Shown here: positions 19,339 to 28,577 of the stretch, in pieces
Position numbering within the stretch: the stretch's first letter is position 1
Layout of the letters: the number at the start of each line of letters is the position of its first letter
NCBI GenBank assembly: GCA_019116865.1
Contig: DXAW01000093.1
Span: 14,640 to 78,639, forward strand
Length of the DNA: 64,000 nucleotides
Source of the DNA: Candidatus Coprenecus stercoravium
GTDB lineage: Bacteria; Bacteroidota; Bacteroidia; Bacteroidales; UBA932
Direction of reading: 5' to 3'
Program-made: the position numbers and the translations under genes
Notes under the pieces: generated by a model
Told to the model about the DNA's origin: nothing
The model's input: only the letters and a program-made list of their open reading frames with translations
The model's database searches: none

Positions 19339-19346
19339 CAAATATA
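19339..19346 (-). promoter_or_regulatory. Bacteroidetes -7 promoter element (TATATTTG) for the exported-protein operon
   Basis: The minus strand reads TATATTTG, matching TAnnTTTG, 30-37 nt upstream of the ATG at 19309. Confidence 0.3.
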
Positions 19347-19415
19347 CGCAATAATGTTCAATCATGCCAAATGTGACATGAAAAAATGACTAGTGCGGGT
19401 GTTATCAGGTCCGTA

Positions 19416-20117
19416 TTATTCTAAATACATTGTTCCCAATTCTTTGAAGTTAATTTCATTATAACCGTCATTTATTACGCCAGTCATTATTTCGTCGCCA
19501 TTAAGCACGATATTGTGACCATTGCGTATGAATTGAAAATGCATTGTTTCCGTTTCAGTCGGACATGTATATGGCTCTGAAATGTCTTTCAAAGTGTATT
19601 TGTAAAAATGCCCGATATACGCTTTGTCTTCATGGACCAGTTGGTTAATGCTGTCACCGACATACTCTGTTTTCAGATATAAAGTGTCCTCCTCAACAAT
19701 TAATTCATATAGGTAGTTCCCGATATCGTCATTGTAAGAATGGGATTGGTCGGGATAATGATACTCCATTCTTGTGCGGGTACGAACTTGGTAGGTGCCA
19801 ATCGGCTTAACCTCATCTTCGAGGCTGCACTGATCATCAATTCCAAATGATAAAGTATACTTGCCCTTTATGTGATCTACATTCCAAACAGTGTCAATAA
19901 CATTTTTGGTTGACAAGAGTTCTTCCTTGAGCCTTTTTCTGATTTCTTCAGGGAGTGACTCAAATGTAGCTGAATCTACTTCCGAGTGCGGCATTATATA
20001 TTCTTGTACCCATTTTGTGTTTGAAAGTATGTCATCATATACAGGCGTTGGCGTGTTTGATGTTGAACAGGACAGAATAAATATCAAAGTCGTCAACAGG
20101 ACTAATCCCCTTTTCAT
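19416..20117 (-). CDS. Lipoprotein of unknown function (233 aa) in a low-GC islet
   Basis: The signal peptide carries the lipobox FILSC-STS. The gene is visibly AT-rich compared with its neighbours. GGAGG lies 10 nt upstream of the ATG. Confidence 0.6.
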   Translation of the reverse strand: MKRGLVLLTTLIFILSCSTSNTPTPVYDDILSNTKWVQEYIMPHSEVDSATFESLPEEIRKRLKEELLSTKNVIDTVWNVDHIKGKYTLSFGIDDQCSLEDEVKPIGTYQVRTRTRMEYHYPDQSHSYNDDIGNYLYELIVEEDTLYLKTEYVGDSINQLVHEDKAYIGHFYKYTLKDISEPYTCPTETETMHFQFIRNGHNIVLNGDEIMTGVINDGYNEINFKELGTMYLE

Positions 20118-20458
20118 TTATTTTCCTCCATAATTTTTTCTTTATAATCCGGCTTTTGTGTTCGACTGGATTGCAGTCTTCAAGGCATGTCTCTGAATCT
20201 GTTATTGTGTGCTTTGTGTAAAAGCCTGTTAATTAGTTAGATATGTGATGAGCGGCAAAACAGATAGGGCCATGTTGAGACTGATGTTTGCCTAAAAGGG
20301 CCGTATCTGTTAAGATGCCAAAGCGGTAAATTGTTGAATGCGAATACATTATAAGGATAGCAGGATTACAGATTCCGGGTGTACCTGTGTCATTTGCATC
20401 AGAGCACCGGCCGGGAAACTCTATTTTCGAAACCATACAACAATTGGGAAACATTTGC

Positions 20459-20491
20459 GTTCATTCTGCACATTTCCCGTGCAAAATGAAC
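20459..20491 (+). terminator. Stem-loop followed by a T-tract on the plus strand (possible terminator of an unannotated plus-strand RNA, or a structure in a minus-strand leader)
   Basis: The structure is GTTCATT-c-TGCAC-atttccc-GTGCA-a-AATGAAC, followed by GGACTTTTATTT. Confidence 0.3.
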
Positions 20492-20510
20492 GGACTTTTA
20501 TTTAAAACAA

Positions 20511-20549
20511 TAGGCGGTAAGCCTTTGGAAATGAAAAGCCTACCGCCTA
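20511..20549 (-). terminator. Probable intrinsic terminator of ppdK
   Basis: TAGGCGGTA and TACCGCCTA form a 9-bp stem, and two further pairs are possible. On the minus strand it is followed by ATTGTTTT. It lies 22 nt after the ppdK stop. Confidence 0.45.
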
Positions 20550-20570
20550 ATTAGTTAATGTTCAGCTATA

Positions 20571-23285
20571 TCACTTCTCATGCTCGATTGCAGCCTGCGC
20601 CGCAGCAAGACGGGCGATCGGCACTCTGAAAGGAGAGCAGGACACGTAGTCCAGTCCGATCTGGTGGCAGAATTCCACAGAAGCGGGGTCACCGCCGTGC
20701 TCGCCGCAGATGCCGACTTTGAGTTTCGGATTGGTGCTGCGTCCTCCCTGGACTCCGATTTCTATCAGCTTACCTACTGACTCGACGTCTATTGTCTGGA
20801 ACGGATCGGCGTCGAGGAGCTTGTTGGACAGATAGTCGCCCATGAATGCTCCGATATCGTCGCGCGAGAATCCGAATGTCATCTGAGTCAGGTCGTTTGT
20901 TCCGAATGAGAAGAACTGGGCTGTCTTGGCCATGAAGTTGGCGAGAAGAGCTGCCCTGGGAATCTCGATCATGGTACCGTAGAGGTAGTTGATGGTCACT
21001 CCTGTGGCTTTTTCCACTTCCTCGTGTACACGGTCGCAGATCTTCTTCTGGAAATCGAGCTCGCGGACAATGATGGTCACGGGAATCATAATCTCGGGTT
21101 TGGGATTAAGGCCCTCCTTGATAAGCTCTGCTGTGGCGTTGAAAATAGCGCGGAACTGGGTCTCGCTTATCTCGGGGTAGGTGACTCCGAGACGTACTCC
21201 GCGGTGTCCCATCATGGGGTTGACCTCGTGCAGGCTCTCGCCTCGTTTCTCGATGTCGTCGATGCTGACACCCAACTCTTTGGCCAGTTCGGCCTCTTTC
21301 TCAGGAGTCTGAGGCACGAATTCGTGGAGAGGGGGGTCGAGCAGACGGAATGTCACAGGCTTGCCGTCCATTACCTTCAGAGTGTTCTTTACGGCGTCCT
21401 TGATATAAGGCTCAAGCTCATTGAGCGCTGCGACTCTCTCTTCCTTGTTCTTGGAGAGAATCATTTTACGGAGCTTGGACAGAGGAGCCTCCGAATGCGC
21501 ACCGTAGAACATGTGCTCGATACGGAACAGACCGATACCTTCGGCTCCGAATGACAGAGCTCTTGCAGCGTCCTCGGGTGTGTCGGCGTTGGTACGCACG
21601 CCCAGCCTGCGGTATTTGTCTACAAGGGCCATGTACTCGACGAAGCGGGGATTCTCCGATGCGTCCATTGTCTCCACCGGCACATCGTAGACAAATCCTT
21701 TGGAACCGTTGAGCGAGAAGACATCTCCCTCCTTATAGGTCTTGCCGTTGATAGTGAGAGTCTTGGCGTCCAGGTCGATATGCATGGCGTCGCAGCCTAC
21801 TATGCAGCATTTGCCCCATCCGCGGGCAACGAGAGCCGCATGTGATGTCATACCACCGCGGGCTGTGAGCAGACCGTCGGCAGCGCGCATACCCTCCACG
21901 TCCTCGGGATTGGTCTCCTCACGGACGAGAATCACTTTCTCCTTGCGTTTTGATGCGGCTACGGCATCCTCAGCAGTGAAGACGATTTTGCCGACTGAGC
22001 CGCCGGGACCAGCGGGAAGACCCTGTGCGATGACAGTCTCCTTTTTCTCAGCTGCCGGATTTAGAATAGGGTGAAGAAGCTCGTCGAGCTGGTTGGGAGC
22101 TACTCTCAGAACAGCTGTCTTCTCATCGATGAGACCTTCGTGAAGCATGTCCATCGCCATATTGAGAGCTGCCAGACCTGTTCTCTTGCCGACACGGCAC
22201 TGGAGCATCCAGAGCTTGCCGTCCTGGATGGTGAACTCGATGTCCTGCATGTCCTTGAAATGCTGCTCAAGGTGATTCTGTATGTCGTCAAGTTCCTTGT
22301 AGACTTCGGGCATTGCTGTCTCCAGGGATGCGAGGTTGCGGTTATGCTCGTTCTTGGTGGCCTCGTTAAGAGGGTTGGGGGTACGGATACCTGCCACTAC
22401 GTCCTCGCCCTGGGCATTGATAAGCCATTCTCCGTAGAACTTGTTCTCGCCTGTGGCGGGGTTGCGGGAGAAAGCCACTCCGGTGGCGGAGTTGTCGCCC
22501 ATGTTTCCGAATACCATGGCCTGTACGTTCACGGCAGTACCCCAGTCATCGGGAATCCCTTCGATGCGGCGGTAGGCGATGGCCCTCTTGCCGTTCCATG
22601 ATTTGAATACGGCTCCGATACCTCCCCAGAGCTGCTCGTATGCGTTGTCGGGGAATTCCTTGCCGAGTACCTGTTTTACTCTTACCTTGAAGTCGGAGCA
22701 GAGCTGCTTGAGGTCCTCCTCGGTCAGGTCAGTATCGCTCTTGTAGCCCTTTTTGGCTTTCAGCTCACCGAGCATCCGGTCCAGCTGAACCCTGATGCCC
22801 TGGCCCTCAGCCGGCTCTATGCCTTCGGCTTTTTCCATTACCACGTCCGAGTACATCATGATCAGACGGCGGTATGCGTCATATACGAAGCGGGGATTCT
22901 GTGTCTTGGCAATCATCCCGGGTATGGTGGCGGAGCAAAGTCCGATATTCAATACAGTTTCCATCATTCCGGGCATTGATGAACGTGCTCCGGAACGGCA
23001 GGATACGAGGAGAGGGTTGTCCTTGTCCCCGAATTTGCGGCCCATCATTTTCTCTGCGCGGGCAAGTGCTTCATTGACCTCATTCTCCAGGTCCGCGGGA
23101 TATTTGCATCCCAGGTTGTAATACTCGGTGCAGCACTCTGTCGTAATGGTGAATCCAGCGGGAACAGGCATACCGAGCGTGCACATCTCAGCGAGGTTGG
23201 CACCTTTACCGCCAAGGAGGTTTCTCATTGAACCGTTTCCTTCGGCCTCTTTACCTCCAAAGAAATAAACTCGTTTGTTTGACAT
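20571..23285 (-). CDS. ppdK: Pyruvate, phosphate dikinase
   Basis: The protein is 904 aa. It starts MSNKRVYFFGG..GNGSMRNLLGGKGANLAEM, has the phospho-His region GGMTSHAALVARG and a PEP-utiliser C-terminal domain. Confidence 0.95.
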   Translation of the reverse strand: MSNKRVYFFGGKEAEGNGSMRNLLGGKGANLAEMCTLGMPVPAGFTITTECCTEYYNLGCKYPADLENEVNEALARAEKMMGRKFGDKDNPLLVSCRSGARSSMPGMMETVLNIGLCSATIPGMIAKTQNPRFVYDAYRRLIMMYSDVVMEKAEGIEPAEGQGIRVQLDRMLGELKAKKGYKSDTDLTEEDLKQLCSDFKVRVKQVLGKEFPDNAYEQLWGGIGAVFKSWNGKRAIAYRRIEGIPDDWGTAVNVQAMVFGNMGDNSATGVAFSRNPATGENKFYGEWLINAQGEDVVAGIRTPNPLNEATKNEHNRNLASLETAMPEVYKELDDIQNHLEQHFKDMQDIEFTIQDGKLWMLQCRVGKRTGLAALNMAMDMLHEGLIDEKTAVLRVAPNQLDELLHPILNPAAEKKETVIAQGLPAGPGGSVGKIVFTAEDAVAASKRKEKVILVREETNPEDVEGMRAADGLLTARGGMTSHAALVARGWGKCCIVGCDAMHIDLDAKTLTINGKTYKEGDVFSLNGSKGFVYDVPVETMDASENPRFVEYMALVDKYRRLGVRTNADTPEDAARALSFGAEGIGLFRIEHMFYGAHSEAPLSKLRKMILSKNKEERVAALNELEPYIKDAVKNTLKVMDGKPVTFRLLDPPLHEFVPQTPEKEAELAKELGVSIDDIEKRGESLHEVNPMMGHRGVRLGVTYPEISETQFRAIFNATAELIKEGLNPKPEIMIPVTIIVRELDFQKKICDRVHEEVEKATGVTINYLYGTMIEIPRAALLANFMAKTAQFFSFGTNDLTQMTFGFSRDDIGAFMGDYLSNKLLDADPFQTIDVESVGKLIEIGVQGGRSTNPKLKVGICGEHGGDPASVEFCHQIGLDYVSCSPFRVPIARLAAAQAAIEHEK

Positions 23286-23336
23286 AAAATATAAAAGTGT
23301 TAGTTAGATTTGATCTGATATTGATATGTCAGGGTG

Positions 23337-23344
23337 CAAAAATA
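23337..23344 (-). promoter_or_regulatory. Candidate -7 promoter element (TATTTTTG) for ppdK
   Basis: The minus strand reads TATTTTTG, 52-59 nt upstream of the ppdK ATG. Confidence 0.3.
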
Positions 23345-23360
23345 ACAAAAAAACTAAAAT

Positions 23361-24722
23361 CTATAAAAGTTTGCCGGCAAGTTCCGACAGGCCGCTTCTC
23401 TCTCCTTTGATCATGTTGATGTGGGCGAAGACGTTTTGTCCGAAGAATTTGTCACACAGGTGAGTCAGACCGTTGGAATTGAAGTCCAGATACGGCTGGT
23501 CAATCTGGTAGATATCGCCTGTAAAGACGATTTTGGTACCTTCTCCGGCGCGTGTGATGATGGTCTTGACCTCGTGCGGTGTGAGATTCTGTGCGTCGTC
23601 CACTATGAGGAACACATTGACCAGACTCCTGCACCGTATGGAGGCCAGCGGATTGATGACCAGTTGTCCGTCACGCTGCATCCGGTCTATGCGCACGGCC
23701 TCGTTGCTGTCCTGAGGGAAGCAGCTGCGTATGACTTCCAGATTGTCTGAAAGGGCCGGCATATACGGGGCTGATTTGTCTCCAGCCATGCCGGGGATGA
23801 ATCCAAGTTCCGGGCTGCGCATGGGAATGACGGGACGTGAGAGAAGTATCTGCTTGTAGTCAGCTGCCTGTTCGAGAGCTCCGGCAATAGCCAGAAGAGT
23901 CTTGCCGGTCCCGGATCTTCCTGTTAGGGCAATAATCTTTATATTCTTGTTCAGTACTGCGTCGAGGGCCAGTATCTGCTCGTCGTTGCGGGGGGCGATG
24001 CCGAATGCATTTCTTGGTCTTACACGTATTATGCACTTGGATGCGTCGTCATAGCGGGCGAGAGTGACTCTACGGTTGCTGTCGTAGATTTTGTAATATT
24101 GGTTGCAGGCAGGTTTCCGGCGTATGCCCAGATTTGCATAGGATACTCCGTTGTCGGCCGAGACAATATCCTCGATGAGACTGTCTTTCATGTTGCGTAC
24201 GGTAAGTACTTCCTTTTCTGTCTTCTCCACGCGCTTGTCCTCCACCTTGTCAGACAGATAGTCCTGGGCCATGAGTCCGAGAGCTTTGGCTTTCAGCCTC
24301 ATATTCAGGTCTTTGGTTACGAGTATTACCTTTCTGCCCGGATTGTTGTCCCTGAGCCAGACAGCCGTGGCTATTATGCGGTGGTCGGGGATGTCGTCTA
24401 TAAGAGAGTCCCTGATCTGTCCTGTGTAGCCGTGTCCCATCTCTATCTTTATGAGACCGCGGCCTTTGCCCAGACTTATGCCTTTGTCGAAAAGGGTGTT
24501 GTCCGATATTTTGTCCAGTACTCTTACAAAGGCCCTGGCGTTGTATCCCAGAATATCATCGCCTTTCTTGAATTTGTCCAGCTCCTCTATGACGCTTACC
24601 GGGATGTAGATATCGTTGTCCTGGAAGTTGAAAATACAGCGGTTGTCGTGAAGTATCACATTGGTGTCCAGAACAAACAGTTTCGGCGGTCTGGCCGGTT
24701 CTCTGTTGTCCGGGACTCTCAT
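23361..24722 (-). CDS. phoH: PhoH-family ATPase with N-terminal PIN domain (YlaK-like)
   Basis: The PIN-like LFVLDTNVILHD, the Walker A GRSGTGKTLLA and the IVDDAQNL box are present. The ATG at 24722 (MRVPDN) avoids the overlap with purL that the ORF-track start at 24758 would create. Confidence 0.8.
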   Translation of the reverse strand: MRVPDNREPARPPKLFVLDTNVILHDNRCIFNFQDNDIYIPVSVIEELDKFKKGDDILGYNARAFVRVLDKISDNTLFDKGISLGKGRGLIKIEMGHGYTGQIRDSLIDDIPDHRIIATAVWLRDNNPGRKVILVTKDLNMRLKAKALGLMAQDYLSDKVEDKRVEKTEKEVLTVRNMKDSLIEDIVSADNGVSYANLGIRRKPACNQYYKIYDSNRRVTLARYDDASKCIIRVRPRNAFGIAPRNDEQILALDAVLNKNIKIIALTGRSGTGKTLLAIAGALEQAADYKQILLSRPVIPMRSPELGFIPGMAGDKSAPYMPALSDNLEVIRSCFPQDSNEAVRIDRMQRDGQLVINPLASIRCRSLVNVFLIVDDAQNLTPHEVKTIITRAGEGTKIVFTGDIYQIDQPYLDFNSNGLTHLCDKFFGQNVFAHINMIKGERSGLSELAGKLL

Positions 24723-24739
24723 TTTGTTGGGAAAATGTC

Positions 24740-27700
24740 TTATCTTGTTTCCAGCCATACTCTTCCGTTTATGAACATCTCAATCCAAGGAGTGACAATG
24801 TCTTTTCGTCCGTCCGGATACCATGCCCAGTTCCACGGTCTCAGACATCTTTCAGGATGAGGCATCATGGCCAGATGGCGGCCGTCAGGCGAGCAGACTC
24901 CGGCTACTGCGGCAGGAGAGCCGTTGGGGTTGCCGGGATATGCGTTGTAATTGTATCTGAGGGCGACATTGTACTCTTCCACGGGTCTGGGGAACGAGAA
25001 TCTTCCTTCTCCGTGAGCGACCCAGATACCGAGTTTGGAGCCCTGGAGCGATGAAAGCAGGATAGACGGCGAGTTCTCTACGGAGACGCCTACGAAAGCC
25101 GACTCGTACTTGTGCGACTCGTTGTGCTTCATCTTAGGAGACAGCTCCTTGTGTTCCGGAGTGATGAGTCCCATCTCCGCCATCAGCTGGCAGCCGTTGC
25201 AGACTCCCAGGCTGAGGGTGTCCTTGCGGGCGTAGAAGCGCTCTATGGCTGTACGGGCTTTCTCGTTGTAGAGCAGAGCACCGGCCCATCCCTTTGCGGA
25301 GCCGAGGGTATCGGCGTTTGAGAATCCTCCCACGAATACAATCATCCGCACGTCGTCAAGTGTCTCACGGCCGGATACCAGGTCTGTCACATGCACGTCC
25401 TTCACATCGAATCCGGCCATGTACAGGGCCCATGCCATCTCGCGGTCTCCGTTGGAGCCGGTCTCGCGGATAATGGCAGCCTTGATTCTTCTCTCGGACG
25501 GCATAGTATATTCCCCGTCAAAATGCTTGGGGAATGCGAACGTCAGAGGCTGTGACTTGTAGTTGGCATATCTTTCGGCGGCGAATTTCTCTCCGGTCTG
25601 GATGCTGTCAAGCAAGTATGAGGTTCTGTACCAGCGGTCTCTCATCTCATTGATGTCCATACTGAGTTCACGGGAGTCTTTTCCGTATCTGATTCTCATG
25701 GTGCGTCCTGATACCGGATGTCCTATCGCATAGGATTTTATGTTTCCGAGATTCTTGAGGAACATGTCCTTTCCGGAGTTCCTGACCTGTACTATCACAC
25801 CGGGCACCTCGGACAGCAGGATGTCGGACGACTCAAGCTCTCTGAGGTCGATGTCCGCACCTCCGTCCGTATTGGCGAAGCACATTTCCAGCAGGGTGGT
25901 GACCATGCCGCCGGCGGATATGTCGTGGCCTGCGACTACCGGATTGTCTACAGAGTTGAACATGGCGTCCTGCAGGTTGCAGAAGCAAGTCTTGAAATAC
26001 TCAGGATCCGTGATGTCGGGGGACTTGCTGCCGACTTTGTTGATAGTGGCGGCATAGGCAGAGCCTCCGAGGGGGAAGCAGGCGTCCCCTTTATTAATAG
26101 GTGTGAACGGTATGTACAGCAGGGTGGTGTCGGGGTCCTGACTCATGACAGGATGCAGCGTGGCTCCCACGTTCTTGCTTTCTCCGGTAGCGGAAATAAT
26201 CAGTGTTCCGGGAGAAAGGACTTTCTCACCGTCCGGATATTTCTGGGTCATGGACATGGAGTCCTTTCCTGTGGGGATGTTGATGCCGAGAGCGATGGCG
26301 AAATCGCTGGCTCCCTGGACGGCTTTGTACAGACGTGCGTCCTCACCGTCATTGCGGCTGGGCCACATCCAGTTGGCACTCAAGGATACACCGTAGATAT
26401 TGTCCTTTATCGGAGTCCATATTATATTGGTGAGCGCTTCCGCAATGGCCAGTCTGGAACCTGCGGCCGGATCAATCATGGCAGCGGCAGGCGCATGGCC
26501 TATCGATACGGCTATGCCCTCGGGATCATCGTAGCCGATGGCTGTTACTCCCAGGTCGTTGAGAGGAAGCTGAAGTTCTCCGCAGCACTGCTGGCAGGCT
26601 ATAAGTCCTGTGACGGAGCGGTCTACCTTGTTGGTAAGCCAGTCCTTGCAGGCCACTGATTCGAGAGTGAGCACTTTGGAGACAGCTTCTTTAAGGGCAT
26701 CAGGAGTCATGTCTGCCGGAGTCCTGTCGACAGGAGTGAATCCTCCGTGTCCGTCGGCACCTCCCTTGGGGGACGAACCGTGCATTACTGTCCTTGGAGT
26801 GGAGCCGAACATATCGGAAAGTTCCAGGTCTATGGGAGCGTTTCCGGTCTTACTGTCTTTAAGGGTGAAATTCCCTTTTCCGCTTACCTCACCGATGACG
26901 TAGAAAGGAGCACGTTCCCTCTCGGCTATCTTCTTCAGCTCCTCAGTGTCGGATTTTCTCATGACAAGTCCCATACGCTCCTGGCTCTCATTGCCGATGA
27001 TCTCCTTGTCGGAGAGGGTGGGGTCACCTACGGGCAGTCTGGATATGTCGATATCGCCTCCTACTTCCTCCACCAGCTCGGACAGACAGTTAAGATGTCC
27101 TCCGGCACCGTGGTCGTGAATGGAGACGATGGTGTTGTGGTCTTTCTCCGCAACTGAGCGGATGGCATTGTACACTCTTTTCTGCATCTCCGGATTGGCC
27201 CGCTGTATGGCATTCAGCTCTATGGAGTTGCCGTATTCTCCCGTGGCTACTGACGATACGGCTCCTCCGCCCATGCCGATACGGTAGTTGTCCCCGCCGA
27301 GGAGGATGATGTCGTCGCCTTTGGACGGACGGTCCTTGGCTGCGTCGGCCATCTTTGCGAAACCGACACCTCCGGCCAGCATCACCACCTTGTCATATCC
27401 GTACTTGCGCTCTTTTCCGTCTGGATCCTGCTCTGTATGCTCGAGGGTCTGGAGTGATCCGCAGATAAGAGGCTGGCCGAACTTATTGCCGAAATCCGAG
27501 GCTCCGTTGGATGCCTTGATCAGTATTTCCGCAGGGGTCTGGTACAGCCATTTGCGCGGAGGACGCGCCTCCCAGTCCCTTCCGCTGTCGATGCGGGGGT
27601 AGGAGGTCATGTATACTGCGGTTCCTGCTATTGGGAACGAGCCTTTGCCGCCTGCGATGCGGTCCCTAATCTCACCGCCGCTGCCTGTGGCCGCTCCGTT

Positions 27701-28492
27701 GAACGGTTCTACTGTCGTAGGGAAATTGTGTGTCTCGGCTTTGAGCGAGATAACCGTCTTCACCTCCTCTTCCTTGAAGGAGCTGGGCTTGGTGGCGGAT
27801 GAGGGATGGAATATCTTGAGCTTGGGGCCTTCGATGAAGGCGCAGTTGTCCTTGTATGCGGAGACGATACGGCCGGGATTGACGGCCGATGTCTTCTTGA
27901 TGAGCTTGAACAGGGTGCTTTCCTGCTGCACGCCGTCTATGATGAACGTACCGTTGAATATCTTATGACGGCAGTGCTCGGAGTTGACCTGCGAGAATCC
28001 GAATACCTCGCTGTCGGTGAGAGGTCTTCCCAGCTTGTCCGACAACTCCTTGAGATACTTTATCTCGTCCTCGGACAGGGCAAGGCCCTCTTCTTTGTTA
28101 TAAGCTTCGAAATCAGTGATGTGCCTTATAGGCTCAGGCTCATGGTCTATGGTGAAGATATCTCCGTCAAGGCCGTGGTATATGCGTTGGAGCATCTTGT
28201 CGTGCGGTATCTCCGAGTCGGACGCATATTTTCCTTCCTCTACCGGGAAATATTCCTCGATACGGGATATGCCCTGAATGTTCATGTTGCGTGTAATCTC
28301 CACGGCAGCCGTGCTCCATGGAGTTATCATCTCTCGCCTCGGACCTATGAATGTCCCCTGGACAGAAGTTTCTTTGAGCATTGACGCATCGGAGAAAAGC
28401 CATTTAAGTGTGTCCGCAGTGCCGGCAGATATAGCTGCCTGTGAGCTTACTGCTATTATTTGCCCCTCTTGGGAGCGGAAGAAGTATACCAT
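24740..28492 (-). CDS. purL: Phosphoribosylformylglycinamidine synthase (single-chain large PurL)
   Basis: The protein is 1250 aa with AIR-synthase-like repeats and a C-terminal glutamine amidotransferase domain carrying GVCNGCQ. Confidence 0.95.
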   Translation of the reverse strand: MVYFFRSQEGQIIAVSSQAAISAGTADTLKWLFSDASMLKETSVQGTFIGPRREMITPWSTAAVEITRNMNIQGISRIEEYFPVEEGKYASDSEIPHDKMLQRIYHGLDGDIFTIDHEPEPIRHITDFEAYNKEEGLALSEDEIKYLKELSDKLGRPLTDSEVFGFSQVNSEHCRHKIFNGTFIIDGVQQESTLFKLIKKTSAVNPGRIVSAYKDNCAFIEGPKLKIFHPSSATKPSSFKEEEVKTVISLKAETHNFPTTVEPFNGAATGSGGEIRDRIAGGKGSFPIAGTAVYMTSYPRIDSGRDWEARPPRKWLYQTPAEILIKASNGASDFGNKFGQPLICGSLQTLEHTEQDPDGKERKYGYDKVVMLAGGVGFAKMADAAKDRPSKGDDIILLGGDNYRIGMGGGAVSSVATGEYGNSIELNAIQRANPEMQKRVYNAIRSVAEKDHNTIVSIHDHGAGGHLNCLSELVEEVGGDIDISRLPVGDPTLSDKEIIGNESQERMGLVMRKSDTEELKKIAERERAPFYVIGEVSGKGNFTLKDSKTGNAPIDLELSDMFGSTPRTVMHGSSPKGGADGHGGFTPVDRTPADMTPDALKEAVSKVLTLESVACKDWLTNKVDRSVTGLIACQQCCGELQLPLNDLGVTAIGYDDPEGIAVSIGHAPAAAMIDPAAGSRLAIAEALTNIIWTPIKDNIYGVSLSANWMWPSRNDGEDARLYKAVQGASDFAIALGINIPTGKDSMSMTQKYPDGEKVLSPGTLIISATGESKNVGATLHPVMSQDPDTTLLYIPFTPINKGDACFPLGGSAYAATINKVGSKSPDITDPEYFKTCFCNLQDAMFNSVDNPVVAGHDISAGGMVTTLLEMCFANTDGGADIDLRELESSDILLSEVPGVIVQVRNSGKDMFLKNLGNIKSYAIGHPVSGRTMRIRYGKDSRELSMDINEMRDRWYRTSYLLDSIQTGEKFAAERYANYKSQPLTFAFPKHFDGEYTMPSERRIKAAIIRETGSNGDREMAWALYMAGFDVKDVHVTDLVSGRETLDDVRMIVFVGGFSNADTLGSAKGWAGALLYNEKARTAIERFYARKDTLSLGVCNGCQLMAEMGLITPEHKELSPKMKHNESHKYESAFVGVSVENSPSILLSSLQGSKLGIWVAHGEGRFSFPRPVEEYNVALRYNYNAYPGNPNGSPAAVAGVCSPDGRHLAMMPHPERCLRPWNWAWYPDGRKDIVTPWIEMFINGRVWLETR

Positions 28493-28525
28493 ATATATTC
28501 AAAATTTGAATGTCAAAAATAGGGA

Positions 28526-28533
28526 TAATTTTG
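28526..28533 (+). promoter_or_regulatory. Candidate -7 promoter element (TAATTTTG) for folC-nhaD-pncB
   Basis: The sequence matches TAnnTTTG, 45 nt upstream of the folC ATG. Confidence 0.3.
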
Positions 28534-28577
28534 CTAAATGTGGAGAATTATTCCCATTTTTGCATGCAAAATTTCAA

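Noticed and set aside
20233-20454. A 73-aa ORF in the ppdK-lipoprotein spacer.
   Set aside because: The translation is Cys/His/Pro-rich and unstructured. It has no start context and no similarity that I can recognise, so I treat the region as non-coding.
23361-24722. The PIN-domain protein as a toxin of a toxin-antitoxin pair.
   Set aside because: The PIN domain is fused to a full PhoH ATPase (YlaK architecture, a conserved housekeeping type). No small antitoxin ORF is adjacent.
25718-26659. A 313-aa ORF antisense to purL, with several shorter ones between 24857 and 28403.
   Set aside because: All are embedded opposite the full-length purL reading frame. No family resemblance is visible, so they are shadow ORFs.
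28278-28577. A 100-codon N-terminal extension of the folC ORF, starting at 28278.
   Set aside because: It overlaps the 5' end of purL on the other strand and translates to non-FolC sequence. The ATG pair at 28578 is preceded by a TAATTTTG promoter box and begins the conserved region.
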